A DNA stretch of 64,000 nt. Source: Carcharhinus longimanus (Eukaryota). How positions within the stretch are numbered: position 1 is the first letter of the stretch; the number at the start of each line of letters is the position of its first letter. The position numbers were made by a program, and so were the translations under genes. The stretch is taken from contig JASCQW010000162.1 of assembly GCA_030264375.1 (NCBI GenBank), positions 89,716,433 through 89,780,432 of the forward strand, written 5' to 3'. Under the pieces are notes generated by a model. That model saw only the letters and a list, made by a program, of their open reading frames with translations, did no database searches and was not told the DNA's origin. This document shows, piece by piece, positions 40,261 through 52,905 of this stretch.

Positions 40261-43200
40261 ATGAAGAATTCAGTAATGCCTGAAATCTCAATTCACCCTC
40301 ATACCATGCTTTGCTGTTATTCAAAAACTAACGATGGTTTAACCACGCGCCTCTTTCCATTCTCCCTCCTTTTCCTCAGCCCAAAACTCACCTTGAGCAT
40401 TTACGCCTTCATATACTCAAGATCTGCCAGTGACACTATAAGATAATGGCTTGGAGGAAGAGCACACCTCCAACAAAGAACTAATCCTTGCAGCTCAGAC
40501 ACTAATACGATCATGGGTGACACTGAGGCAGGATCTGCAGGTAGTAAATTACCAGGCACAATTGGGCTGCAGAAAAGGCTAGGAGGTGGGACAGTTTGTG
40601 GGCCAGCTATTCAGAGGAAGAAGTAACAGATGCATTTTGTTGGAGAAGACTCAGAAGCGGACTTGAATGGAGCAGTGTACAGGGAGCTGTTGATGGGCAT
40701 GCATACACAAAGGCCTGGTGCATTGGCAGGCGAGTTGCCTACTGTTATCATCAAGGAGCATGGTGGTGTCCTGCTCCAACTTGGCACAGCGCTTCAAAGA
40801 ACTTGGAGACCATCTTTTTCATCATGGAAGCAGTGGCCAACAGTATGAGAATACATGCAGACCCAGCCAAGATGCAGGTTTTGAGGTTGATGTTGGCTTA
40901 GATTGCAACACAGGCAGAAGCCAATAAGCATCTGAGTGTTGTAGTAGAAGGACAAACTGAGGCCATGTGATCTCCGCTGGTTGCCTCGTAAGCCCAGCTT
41001 GATGCCTTGCAGGCTAAGTTTGGCTGCAGATTACAGTGCTCAAAGTTGCTCACAGGGTCTTCCAACAGGTTTGTCTTCCAGTAGATGATGAGGATTGCTG
41101 AGGCACCCACGATCCCTGCCCAGAACCTTAATAATGTTGCAGTCCTGGATGAGAACCCCAAATTTTATTAGGATCCCATTACGAACCAATGGACCGCTAC
41201 CCATCACTAACCCTTTAACGATTTCTAGAAATCTGGATTCATGCCAAACATTCAAATACCCCACTACTGTTCACAGGCTTACTGTAGCTGCAAGCCTTAC
41301 ACCCATACTTCACAGCTGTTGGTGGTATGGATGGTGGGTGATGCATTCACTGACCTTGGTTACTCATGTGAGATCATTGAACTTTTTTCAGCAGTGTATG
41401 AAGATTTCCAAGGTCTCAGCTCCTGTCATTGATCTCTGTGGCTACGTATTCCCAGTGCCTTCAAGCTGTATATCCAGAGGGCCTAGTAATGATCCCTGTA
41501 GAATGGTGACCTCTTTCCTTGTTTTCACATGGTGTTCAAAAGCTTCCAAAGCTGTATCTCGGATCTTGCAACCCTAATCTTTGGCCTGCTATTCAAGGAT
41601 ATTCGAGGTCAGACACCTTTCCCCAGCCACTTCTGGCAAAAACTGTAGACAAAATCCATCTCCCATTTTAGAGCTGCCACCTGAATTTAAGAAGTGCAGG
41701 CAGGCTTTATATGATGCTAGCCTCACATAAACCTGGGTTCCCTGATGAACCCAGTGGAGACTCTCAGCAGCACATTTAGCATTGGACTGCAGGCCACAAT
41801 CACGGACATGAGCAGGCAGCCCAATGTTTGTGTGCTGCCTGCATCACTCCGACTGGATGTGGGGTAATCATGCAAAGTGATTCCTCTGCCCGTTAAAGGG
41901 CTTTATTTTCAGTCAAGAGTTTCTCTACATTATTAAAAACACAGTAAATCAATGCAGAGAAGAAACCTGCTAGGTATGGCTGGAGAAAAGCATGTTTTTA
42001 TTAGTTTAAAAATAATGCAGAATTATTTAGTTAGTATTGTCTTTGTCCATGAAGCATGTATTGAACCATTAGTATGATCACAGGATTGGGCAATGTCTGC
42101 AACTTAATCATTAATTGCTGACATTGATATGTTTAATTATTGGAAACTTCAGGAATGTACCTAATCAGTATATTATGAGAAGCTTTATCATCAGAGCTTC
42201 CAGCTGTGTTCAATATGAGAAACATTCAAAGCATCCATTTTTAAAATGCCTTTTGAACATTCTAGAATTGTATCAGATCAGCAGCATATTTCTATTTACA
42301 TGTTCATGTGAGAGGTAATATGCCACTGAATCTGCTCCTCCCCTCAGTTGTTAAACAAATAGTTCCTTTCCTCAATCCACGATTGATAATCACCCACAAC
42401 TGATGATTGCACAATTTGTGCAAAGAAATGTGAATGTTCAATTCTACCTGATTTCTGTAGAAAATAAGAGTCTGTAGATCTCAGGAAATCAAGTTGTACA
42501 TCTTGAGTTGCAAGTTGGCAGGGACCCTAGGGTTCCACAATAAGAAGCAAACCACAATGAAATGGAAAAGAAATACAAGAAGAGAGGGAGGACTGAGATT
42601 GAATACAGGCTTTTCAGTGAGATAAAACAACCAGATACAAATGGCTATCATGAAATTTGGGAAAATGTTTCTGGTAATTACATGAATTTGAGCTCAACAT
42701 GAGCATACTTTTTCAACAGCAAAATGTTGCCACTGCTGGAAATAAGAGATAGGAAAAAGTTGGAAATAGTCGGCGTATCTGGCATTACGCATTGAGGAAG
42801 AAACAAGGTCTCCAGCCTTGAAAAGTTAACACTGTTTCGGAATTCTGCCAGCCCTCTGAGTATTTCCATCATTTGTTGATCATATATAAGAACAGTTTTG
42901 TTGGTTTCCATATTTTGAGTATATTTACATTTCTGTGCACACATTAGATTTTCTGGTTGTTTCCCAGAATATGCTAATCTTGGAGGACAGACAGATTATT
43001 AAAATGAGTCAGAAATTAACAATTTTGATCTTGATTCCAAATCATCAGATTAGCCAGATATTTTTAAAAGTAGCTGTGCCTTTTTAAATCAACCATGATT
43101 TGTTGGTTCAATATATGAGACATGAAGTTCAGCAAGGCAATATTACTGGTTCCACAAGCCAGAGGCTCATATTACATGACTCCCACCTCTCCACACTGTC

Positions 43201-44126
43201 TTTGACAAGGGGCATGTACCCCTCATTTGGGCCAGTGAGATAGTTAAATGTCTCAACCATGAAGAATTCAAAAGAAGATTTCGGGCCCTTCTGTATGAGC
43301 AGGTTTGTGAAATGCAAATGACCTTTGGTTAGCTCTTTTTGAATTTGGTTTGTGCAGCGCAGAGGGCCCATTAGTGGCTGTTCAAGGATAACAATGTATG
43401 GGTTTTGCTGATACTGCTAGATAGGATCTTTTATTTGGTGTCATAGATTCAGATAGGTATCAGTTTGACATTTCTAGAGATAGCAACCAACATAGCTCTA
43501 TATCTTTCATTATAAATATCTTAGTCCCTCACACTAACAAAACATTAGTAGGAGTTATTAGGATGTTTGAAACAGTCTGCTGAAAGATACATTGTTGAAC
43601 TCAGACTAAAGGCTGTCTTCGCCTGTAGAATGCTCTGTAATCAGTTGTTTCAACAATCTTCAACAATGGTCTCTTCACTCTTGCCCTATAGATGCAGAAT
43701 TTAAGAGACACTTTGAAGTGAATTTATTTAAATAATTCAGCCCTTGTGGCCATGGGTTTTAAATATTTAAATATCAGTATATAGTGCAGTCCTCAAAAAT
43801 ACTGCCTCCTTGAATTAAATCATTTAAAATCAATAAACACACAGGTTGAACTCTCAGTCTGCCATATAATTAAAACTTTGCATCTGCCATGGTTCTGACA
43901 TGCCAGTGCAGCACAGTGAAGTAGCTGACATGTTTATTGAATATGAAATGTACTTGTTGGTGCATCAAACATTCATCAAACATTCCTGTTTATAAAAATG
44001 TGACAATAATATCCCTGCAAAATAAATGAGGACGTCTTTTGTTTCCCGTCCTCATTTTCTCCCTTTGAGTCTTCCCCTTTCTCCTGGCATCAAAATACTG
44101 ATTCCTCAACCTGTTCTGCCAGTATT

Positions 44127-44380
44127 AGAACATAGAACATAGAACACTACAGCACAAACAGGCCCTTCGGCCCACGAGTTGCGCCGATCACATCAACACN
44201 NNNNNNNNNNNNNNNNNNNNNNNNNNNNNNNNNNNNNNNNNNNNNNNNNNNNNNNNNNNNNNNNNNNNNNNNNNNNNNNNNNNNNNNNNNNNNNNNNNNT
44301 TCTGCAGGCAAGCCAGTTCTGGATCCACAAGGCCAAAGGCCCTCGGATCCCATGCCCTCTCACCTTCTCAAGAAGGTGAG
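44127..44380 (-). mobile_element. Young CR1 LINE, mostly within a gap, with a (CATAGAA)n tail
   Basis: Tail at 44127-44199; body LLEKVRGHGIRGPLALWIQNWLA after the gap. Confidence 0.8.
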
Positions 44381-47300
44381 TATTTGGCCTTGTATTTGGT
44401 ATTTGGTATTGTAGTATTTCATATTCGAACAGAGGTCCTTTTATCCTCTTCATAGACCTCCTTCCTCGAACCAGATACCAGTGTGTGTTTTATTTTATTT
44501 CCAGAGTTACCATTGTTGAATTAGGCCTTCTGGCATGTTGGGGTGGGGACCATCACAGACATTCAAACTTTCTATGTTGCATGCAAATACAATTTTGCTT
44601 TGGCTAACTATCAATTCTTTAGTGGCCCACAGAAACTTAATTGAAAGTTACATTCTTGTGCTCAAAAATGTTGGAGATTAAAAAAACCGTTGAGGTGACA
44701 GAGCAAAATTATTAAAAGGTAGCAGGTAGCAAGACCAAAGATGTGGGGCGGGATTTCACAGTCTCGCTCAAGTGAGACTGGAAATTTCCACCCTAGGTCA
44801 ACGGACATTTCTGTTATCTGCTCTTCACCCGCTCTGGTTCTGTGGCAGGCGGGGCGATAGAATTCCGGCAGTGGAGTGAGTGGATGAGGAATCTAAGTTT
44901 AGAATACAGAAGTCAGAAGAAAAGAATGAAACCAAAAATTAACGCATCAAACAGGACAAATAGAATTATGAGAATGCAGATTCAGAAGTTAATAGAAGGA
45001 AACAGTTATGTAGAGGTAAAAATAGGAGTGATTAGTGGTTGGAAAGATGAAAAGTAAAGCTAAATCAAGATTACTCATTCATTGATGCAAAGGAGTTTAG
45101 AGTGCACATTAACTGGAAGGCAGTAATCTATTCCTCTGCACATTAACACCAAATAGTACAATATACGGTCCATTCTATCTTGTTTGCACATATGTCAGAG
45201 TCTTTTCATTCATTTGTTCAGACTCCAACAATTATTCAGTACTCTGTTGCCAGTTCCTGAGTTTTGGGCCATATGTCAGAGTGGGAACAGAAATTCTGTC
45301 AACCATGAAAATATCAGAAACTGTGTGCTAAGCCTGAGCCAATCTATGAGCAAGCTCACACAGATAAACTATATTCTTTAAACAGTTTGGGACTGAAAAA
45401 CCACATGGGCATGTAACATGACTGGATACCCACATAGAAAATATCTGTTGGGGAATGTATGGTCAGGGAGATTTGTTTAAGGTGGCATTTTTTATTCCCC
45501 ACTGCCCAGGAAATATGTATAATCTATAATATCTTCAGGGATCCCAGACTTGCATCCTGAAGTAGAGATTGCTTCTGTTGGCCTGTACGTGATTGGCAGA
45601 CAAGCCCACCATCAGATTTCCAAAACAGGAACAGGAAACCTCAGCATTGATGTCCTCCATGCTATTGCAGACAAGTTTGCTGTTGCTTGGGGTGTATGCA
45701 GGCTCCCCCTGAAAAAAGATTCTACAAAAAAAAACAAGGATAACAAAATCCCAATAAAGTTTCACTTCTGCTGCATTGCTGTTCAGCTAAAGGTGGCTGT
45801 ACACAGGCTGGGCTATGGATTTTCACCCCCTTTGACTTCAAGGAGATGAGTTTCCTCCAAGTACCTTTTCTAACATACTTGTTAATGTACTTATGTCAAA
45901 TTCCTCTTTGTGCTACTTTAATGAGATGATTAACCTCCGTAATTTTAAGTGGATTAAGACATCTGTTATAACAGGTCACAGAGGAATTTCAGACCTCTGC
46001 CTTCTTTCAGATTTTTTTTCATGTGCCTGAATGATGAGAGGGTATCATTGAAGACTAGCTTACTCCAGATTTCTCCAGAGAATGGAGAATGTTTTGTGGA
46101 AAGTCTCCGGCAATACATCCTCAGTTCATCAGGTGTAACTTGCAACTTAATTTGAGACATCTTGACACCCAAGCATGAGATTAACAGATAGTAATACCAT
46201 GCCCACAATGTTTTACTAGTTCTAGGGGGAGAAATTCATTTGTATACCACTTCTTCACTCAGTTGGTAAAATTGTTAACTTTTCACCAATTCATTGTGTA
46301 CATCTTGTTAATCTGTTAGATGACACCTTTCATCACAATAGTTATGTACAATACAACTAAGTGCAAATGTATCAGACTATCAAATCAACCATAATGGGGT
46401 TCTGCTGGTTGGTATCAGTTTTGATTCTGTCAGAGCGTAATGGTAAAAAAAATGCAAAATATGCTACTGATTGAAGGTTTGATCCCCAGATATGAGTGAG
46501 ATAGGGGTGGGTGGACATGGGAGCAGTGGGATGGGACTAATTTCGACTAATTCTCAGTGCAATAAGTAAAGATATTTGGGTCACCACCCATTTTACACTT
46601 TGAACATACAGGCAGTGTGTAAAATGGGCAACTGATCCAATCCTGAGAGCTTCTGGTTGGGCAAGTGAGGTTAAAATTGCCCCATGTTTTAGTGATTCAT
46701 GCCTCACTTTAAAATGGTACGTATTATGATCCCAGTCGATGTTACTACTGGACAAGAAGGTCCTAGAATGGAAGCCTGGCTCTTTAGACTGTAACTTTTA
46801 CTTTTTCAGAAATGTGGATGGACAGAGTCACAGGACTGCCTGCTTTTAGCAAAAGAATAAAGCATTGACTATAATACACTAGTTCTTCACCCCACCTACA
46901 TCTAGACAAATGTACACAAATTGAAGGATATCACGAGTTACAGAATATATCTTATGCTATATTGTTCTAAGTACACAGCCCCTGTAAACTGACAGGCCAA
47001 CTATGGTCAGACACACACCATTTTGAAACAAAGTTGCAACTTCCATCCAATACAACTTCTGTGGAGTTCTCGTTAAATCCCCCCCGATGATTATCACACT
47101 TTGAGTCAACTGGCCTCACTGGAACTCTGGCTTTTACATGAATGTTTCCAAACTCCGATCCTGAAAATTTTCATCTTAGAATCTTCCAAACTAGGATTTC
47201 TCTCAGATGCTTCACCACAAATCCATTTCCAAGATTTCAGTCTCTCTTTTCAGTGTTCCTCTGTCTTGGATTGCCACACGTATTCAAGCTTCTAAACAAC

Positions 47301-48239
47301 CTCTCAGGTGTCCAGACATGTCTACAAAACACCACTGTTTCACAGGCTGTACAAAGGTCACCAATCTTAGGATTACTTCAAATGTCTGGATTTTCTGCTT
47401 TAAAACTAGTTACTGCAGCCATTTCTTTAATTCAGTGCAAATTTTCTGTTCGTTTTAACCTCATCCCTAGGACACTGTCCAAATTCTTGTTCTTTGTTCC
47501 TTTGACTTCAGTCTTCCTGAGACATTCTTTTGGTCACAATTCCCTGGCTTCTGGAATTATCTGTTCTTTAGCTTTTGGTACTGGCTTTCTGCAGTTTACT
47601 CAATCGTTCTGCCTCTCCTTTTGGCAATGTCTGGAGAGACGTTCCTTTGCCGACTACCTGGCCCCAAATGTGTTGGGTAGAACTTAAAATGAAACTCAGA
47701 AGGTTTCACTTAAAGTGGCTGCTGGTTGCTGGAGGCAACAGCTTCATCTTTCTTCGAACTCTTGTTTGTTTTCATATCATAAGCTCTCTGATCACAAGGC
47801 AGACACAGTTTGAAATTAAATCAAACTCCCTTACATGCAAACATATTTGTTTAATGTGAACCTAGCTAAAGTTCAAACGCTTTCTTACACAGAATTGCAC
47901 AATTAAACTTATCTTCTATAGCTTGGCTGGAACTTTCCAGCTATTCATGCCCGCGGGATCTTCCGGTCCCACCAACAGTGCATCCTGCTGTGGGTTTCAT
48001 GGCAGCGAGGGGCACATTCAATGAGAAACCCTGATAAAACATCAAAGCCGAAAACCCCACCACCAGCNNNNNNNNNNNNNNNNNNNNNNNNNNNNNNNNN
48101 NNNNNNNNNNNNNNNNNNNNNNNNNNNNNNNNNNNNNNNNNNNNNNNNNNNNNNNNNNNNNNNNNNNCTAATCCTACCCTTCCCATCCTTCCTCTTGACC
48201 GGCACATGTCTTTCCTGCAAAGATTTGAGTTTTCCCTTG

Positions 48240-48350
48240 AGAGATTTGCGGCCGAGTATCCCTGGAAAAGGAGCATGCAGTGACCGAGGGTACCGTTAAC
48301 GCCTTCCGTGCCCGCTGGGCACCGCAGGGACTGGGATGCATTATCTGACT
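48240..48350 (+). mobile_element. Tx1/L1-like LINE 3' fragment
   Basis: RVSLEKEHAV...TVNAFRARWAPQGL, homologous to 50585-50822. Confidence 0.65.
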
Positions 48351-49099
48351 CAACTGCCTTTGCTGTCTCAGTGTGGCCTCTGGTTGTTAAGCAACTGCTG
48401 ACTTTTACTTTAAACCCTATTTGTTTTATTATCAAATCATCATCACAGTACAGGCATCTTTTAAAGTGATTAAATTGAAGTTCTTAACCCTTTCTTAACA
48501 CACAGTTACAGAAACACAAAATTAAACTTAGGTAAAGCTAACAAATGTAAATTATTTAAAGCTACCTCTTTTTACTGATATTATATACTGTTCATAAGAT
48601 TACTTGAACAACTAGATTGACTCAAAATTAACTGTGAATTTTTATTTAAAATGTAACCAGCATGAGAATAAGTAAAGGTTAGATCAATAGTTCAATCACG
48701 TGGCAACTGGAATCTTTGGCTTCCTAATCCTCAATAGATTCTCATTAAAGAGTCTACCTAGCCCAATTTTCATCAGAATTTTCCTGTTTTCACCGTGTAA
48801 CATTGAAAATCTACAACATCGTGTCTTCCTTCATCTGGGAAATGATGATCATCCTTTTGGATCTAAAGCTCTCCACTGCAGTAGCTTTCCATAGACTCCT
48901 GCGAGGAAATGTGCTTCTATGAGGCTGAATGTATCATCTGATGTTAAAAGTGAGAAAATAGAAGAAAATATGAGAAAGTAATCGTTAGAAAGGGGTCAAG
49001 AAAACTAAGGTGGAGTTTTAGGAGAGAATGACAAGAGAATTTTAAAAAGTGCAATACAGCATTCTACATAAAACAATGTAAGAAGATAAAAGTAAGAAT

Positions 49100-49990
49100 A
49101 GACCATTCAAGCAACCTTCTACACACACTGCTGAAGCCAGCTCTGTCATTCAGTGCAACCATAGCTCATCTTCAGCCTCAACTCTATTTTCCTGCTTTCT
49201 GCCAGCATCCCTTAATCTTTCTATCTCTACCTTAAATATTCTCAATGATTGAGCATCTTGTACACTCCAGTGCGGGCAAGTACAAAGATTCACAACCCTC
49301 GAGTGAAGAGATTTATCTAAATGATCTCCTCCTTATCCTGAGACTATGCCTTCACGTTCTAGATTCCCCAGCCAATGGAAACAACCTCTCAGCATCTACC
49401 TTCAGAATTTTATGTGTTTCAACATACTGCCCCTGAAGCAAGTATATCTTTCCTTAAAGATGGAGACTAAAACTGTGCATAATACTCAAGGTGTGGCCCA
49501 TCAAAGCCCTGTACAATTGTAGCAAGACGTTCTTAGAATTATATGCCAATCCCGTCGTAATAAAGGCCAATATGCAAATTACCTTCTTAATTACTTGTTT
49601 AACCTGCATGCCAACTTTCTATGTTCCTTGCATAAGTGCAGTACGTCTCACACCAGTTACACCTTTAAAAGAAATGTTCAGCTATTCTGTTCTTGTTATC
49701 AAAGTCAATAAAGTTAGATTTCCACACATTATATTCCATCTGCCACCTTGTTGCCTACTCAACCTGTCTATATCTCCTTGCAACATTCCCTACTAGCTTT
49801 TTAACACCAGCAAACATCGATACATTACTCTGGGTCTCTTTGAATCATTAATACAGATTGTAAGAAGCTGAGGGGACCCAGTGGTCCTCCACTGGATACA
49901 GCCAATCAACATGAAAATATCATGTATATCCCTACTTTTTGTTTCCTGTTCTTCAACCAATCCTCTAATCATGCTAATATATTGCACCAA
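49100..49990 (-). mobile_element. Decayed CR1 LINE 3' half
   Basis: Reverse complement of the CR1 RT and tail motifs (LLQLYRAL..PHLEY.AQF). Confidence 0.75.
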
Positions 49991-50199
49991 ACCCCTTATG
50001 ACTGTGGGGGATGATATTAACAGAATTTGTCCAAGTATCAAGTTGAGTCAAAAAACTGGTGTGAAACCCTTCAGTTGCACAGGCCAGTTTTCTGTCCTGA
50101 TTTTAAGCCTCTTTAAAGGGGAAAAAAAGAGTAGGCAGGGTTCATACTGTCACTCTGGTGGGGCAGGGAATCTTAGCACCAACAACAGTGTCAGTTAGT

Positions 50200-50570
50200 C
50201 ATATTCTTGATCTAGGCATCAGGAAAGCAACTTTCTATCCTGAATTCACATTTTTGGGTGCAAAGCACCAGTTTGTTCCCCATAAGTATAGAATCTCCTA
50301 TCATTATCATTAACTCTGGTCTTCTTTGCTTCCTGCTCCCTATCCTGTATAGCTGATCGAGCCATGCTGCCATTGATTTGGCTCTGTCTGCACTCCCCAG
50401 ATAAATCATCACTTACATTAGTATTCAGAACTAATTATCTGCTGGAGAGTGAGATGTACTCAAGGTATTACCTGCCTACTTCTCTTTGACTGAACGATGG
50501 TCACTTATGCTCTCTCTCTCTGTATAAGCACTCTTTATCTGCAGGGTTAATGCTTTGTAAATATACTATC
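50200..50570 (-). mobile_element. CR1 ORF1 SGNH/GDSL esterase relic
   Basis: IGDSILMG...ESCFPDA corresponds to CR1 ORF1 IGDSIVRG...VCCLPGA. Confidence 0.6.
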
Positions 50571-50584
50571 CACAAACCTCTCAA

Positions 50585-50822
50585 CCTAGCCATCACCAGG
50601 TCCAGGCAGCGGGTGATCGACGGGGCCGTCCGTCCCGACTGCCTGCCCCTCTACCGCGGCTATGTTCGCGGCCGGGTGTCCCTGGAGAGGGAGCACGCGG
50701 TGTCCACGGGCACTGTCGAGGCCTTCCGTGCCCGTTGGGCACCGTAGGGGCTGAGGTGCCTTATAGACCCCGATAATCACATTTTGATTTGACGTGTCTT
50801 AAGTTTCCTTTGTACTTTTTGT
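50585..50822 (+). mobile_element. Tx1/L1-like LINE ORF2 C-terminus, CpG-rich and recent
   Basis: LAITRSRQRVIDGAVRPDCLPLYRGYVRGRVSLEREHAVSTGTVEAFRARWAP, followed by a T-rich 3' UTR. Confidence 0.7.
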
Positions 50823-50922
50823 NNNNNNNNNNNNNNNNNNNNNNNNNNNNNNNNNNNNNNNNNNNNNNNNNNNNNNNNNNNNNNNNNNNNNNNNNNNNNN
50901 NNNNNNNNNNNNNNNNNNNNNN

Positions 50923-51000
50923 TGTTGATGTGATCGGCGCAACTCGTGGGCCAAAGGGCCTGTTTGTGCTGTAGTGTTCTATGTTCTATGTTCTATGTTA
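50923..51000 (+). mobile_element. Young CR1 3' tail with (TTCTATG)n
   Basis: Near-exact reverse complement of 44128-44198. Confidence 0.8.
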
Positions 51001-51954
51001 TGATCAAAATAATTTGGCCAAATTTCCAGTTGGCTGAAATCTTTGGACAAGATAAGTATTCAGCTAAAGCAGTTAGATACACTTGGATTTTGTTTGAAAT
51101 ATACTTGTTAACTATGTTTTAAAAATGCTGAATTTCTCTTTGCAATTAAGATTTTTAAGGCTAACCCAAAAATCCAAGAATCAATGCTTCAATTGTTCTT
51201 GGTTGGAAATATCACAATTTGAGATTTCCCGTATCTAAAGTGTTTGCAGATTTTGAACACAACTGTTCCCAAGAAAAATCCATCCATTTTTAACAACAAA
51301 TGTTTTTGTAAAAAAAAAGTTTTTGCTTTCTTTTCTTTCAAAAGATTATTTTCTTCAACCCATAGAGAAGACAGGTGATGGAATACAAACATGTCTTAAA
51401 TAGCATAACTAGCAACTACTTAGATTCACTACAATTAGAGATAATTTGCTTCAGGTAACTCTAAGTAATTGAGAAATGAAAGCCAATAATTAGCTGTATT
51501 GTTTGCAATCATTAAGATGCTGAGCCAGAAATTGCTGGCAAGTCACATCATTAGAATAGCAAGCTAATGTTACTCCCCACTATTAGTTTTTTTAAAAAGT
51601 CCAGCAATTCACAGCTGAAATAAGGTGGGATGCCAATGATGAGCGTAAAGTTCCAATTAATGTTGTTATCTTAAAATCCATCGAGTAATAAATTGTCCAT
51701 GTTCACTTTTCATTCTGTTGTGAAGATGGGTTCTCATAACCCTTTTGACGTCCACTAAATATTGTTTGGAGAAGTGGCTTGTGTATGAATGATGACTTTA
51801 TTTGTTGGTTTATTTCAAACCAAATATGCATCCATAAAGTAAGAGTGACTTATACACAGATGCTACAGTGTTTAATGTGCAAAGATTTTTTTTTATGATA
51901 CTTGAATTTCATCCAGTACTAAACCATGTATGTCTTTGACTTGATTTTGAATAT

Positions 51955-52235
51955 TGTGGCACTGTTGTTAGCACTGCTGTCTTACAGCACTAGGGACCCA
52001 GGTTCAATTCCAGTACCTGTGTGGAGTTTGCATCTTCTCCCCATTTCTGCATGGGTTTTCTCTGGGTGGTCCGGTTTCCTCCCACATTCCAAATATGTGC
52101 AGATTAGGATGACTGACTCTGGTGTCAAGGGGATTAGTAGTGTAAATGTGGGGTTACAGGAATAGGATGGGATGTGGTTGGTACAGACGCGATGAGCCAA
52201 ATAGCCTCCTTCTGTACTGTAGGGACTCTGATTGT
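51955..52235 (+). mobile_element. HE1-type SINE
   Basis: Head, core and CR1-like tail. Confidence 0.8.
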
Positions 52236-52516
52236 ATAAAAACATTTCTTTTCAAAACAACGCTTCCTAATTGATTGCAGGTGATTTTTCTGCAGTTTAC
52301 ACTCTGCCAAAAGGTTACGAAATAGTCATTACAAATTTGATCAATGTTTGCCCCACCTTTATATTTTTATATTCATTTTCTTTTACATATTTTGAGGATA
52401 AGCATCTCAGTCAACTTCCACTCCCATCTTTGTTCTTGAAATACAATTTCTTGTCTCGATTCCTAGAAATATTTGTTTCAGCTAATTGGTTCTATTGCAT
52501 CTGCTTACACGTTCAT

Positions 52517-52905
52517 AGATTCCCGGCTCGGGTCACTGTCTGTGTGGAGTTTGCACGTTCTCCTCGTGTCTGCGTGGGTTTCCTCTGGGTGCTCCNNNNN
52601 NNNNNNNNNNNNNNNNNNNNNNNNNNNNNNNNNNNNNNNNNNNNNNNNNNNNNNNNNNNNNNNNNNNNNNNNNNNNNNNNNNNNNNNNNNNNNNNGTTTC
52701 CTCCCACAGTCCAAAGATGTGTGGGTTAGGTTGATTGGCCATGCTAAAATTGCCCCTTAGTGTCCTAAGATGTATAGGTTAGAGGGATTAGTGGGTAAAA
52801 TATGTAGGGATATAGGGGTAGGGCCTGGGTGGGATTGTGATCGGTGCAGACTTGATGGGCTGAAGGGCCTCTTTCTGCACTGTAGGGTTCTATGATTCTA
52901 TGATT
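52517..52905 (+). mobile_element. HE1-type SINE, 5'-truncated, spanning a gap
   Basis: Core and tail near-identical to 31035-31315. Confidence 0.85.

Noticed and set aside
46770-47860. Possible LTR/gag remnant and a 181-aa + strand ORF
   Set aside because: The ORF has no recognisable motifs, and paired LTRs, PBS or TSDs could not be demonstrated.
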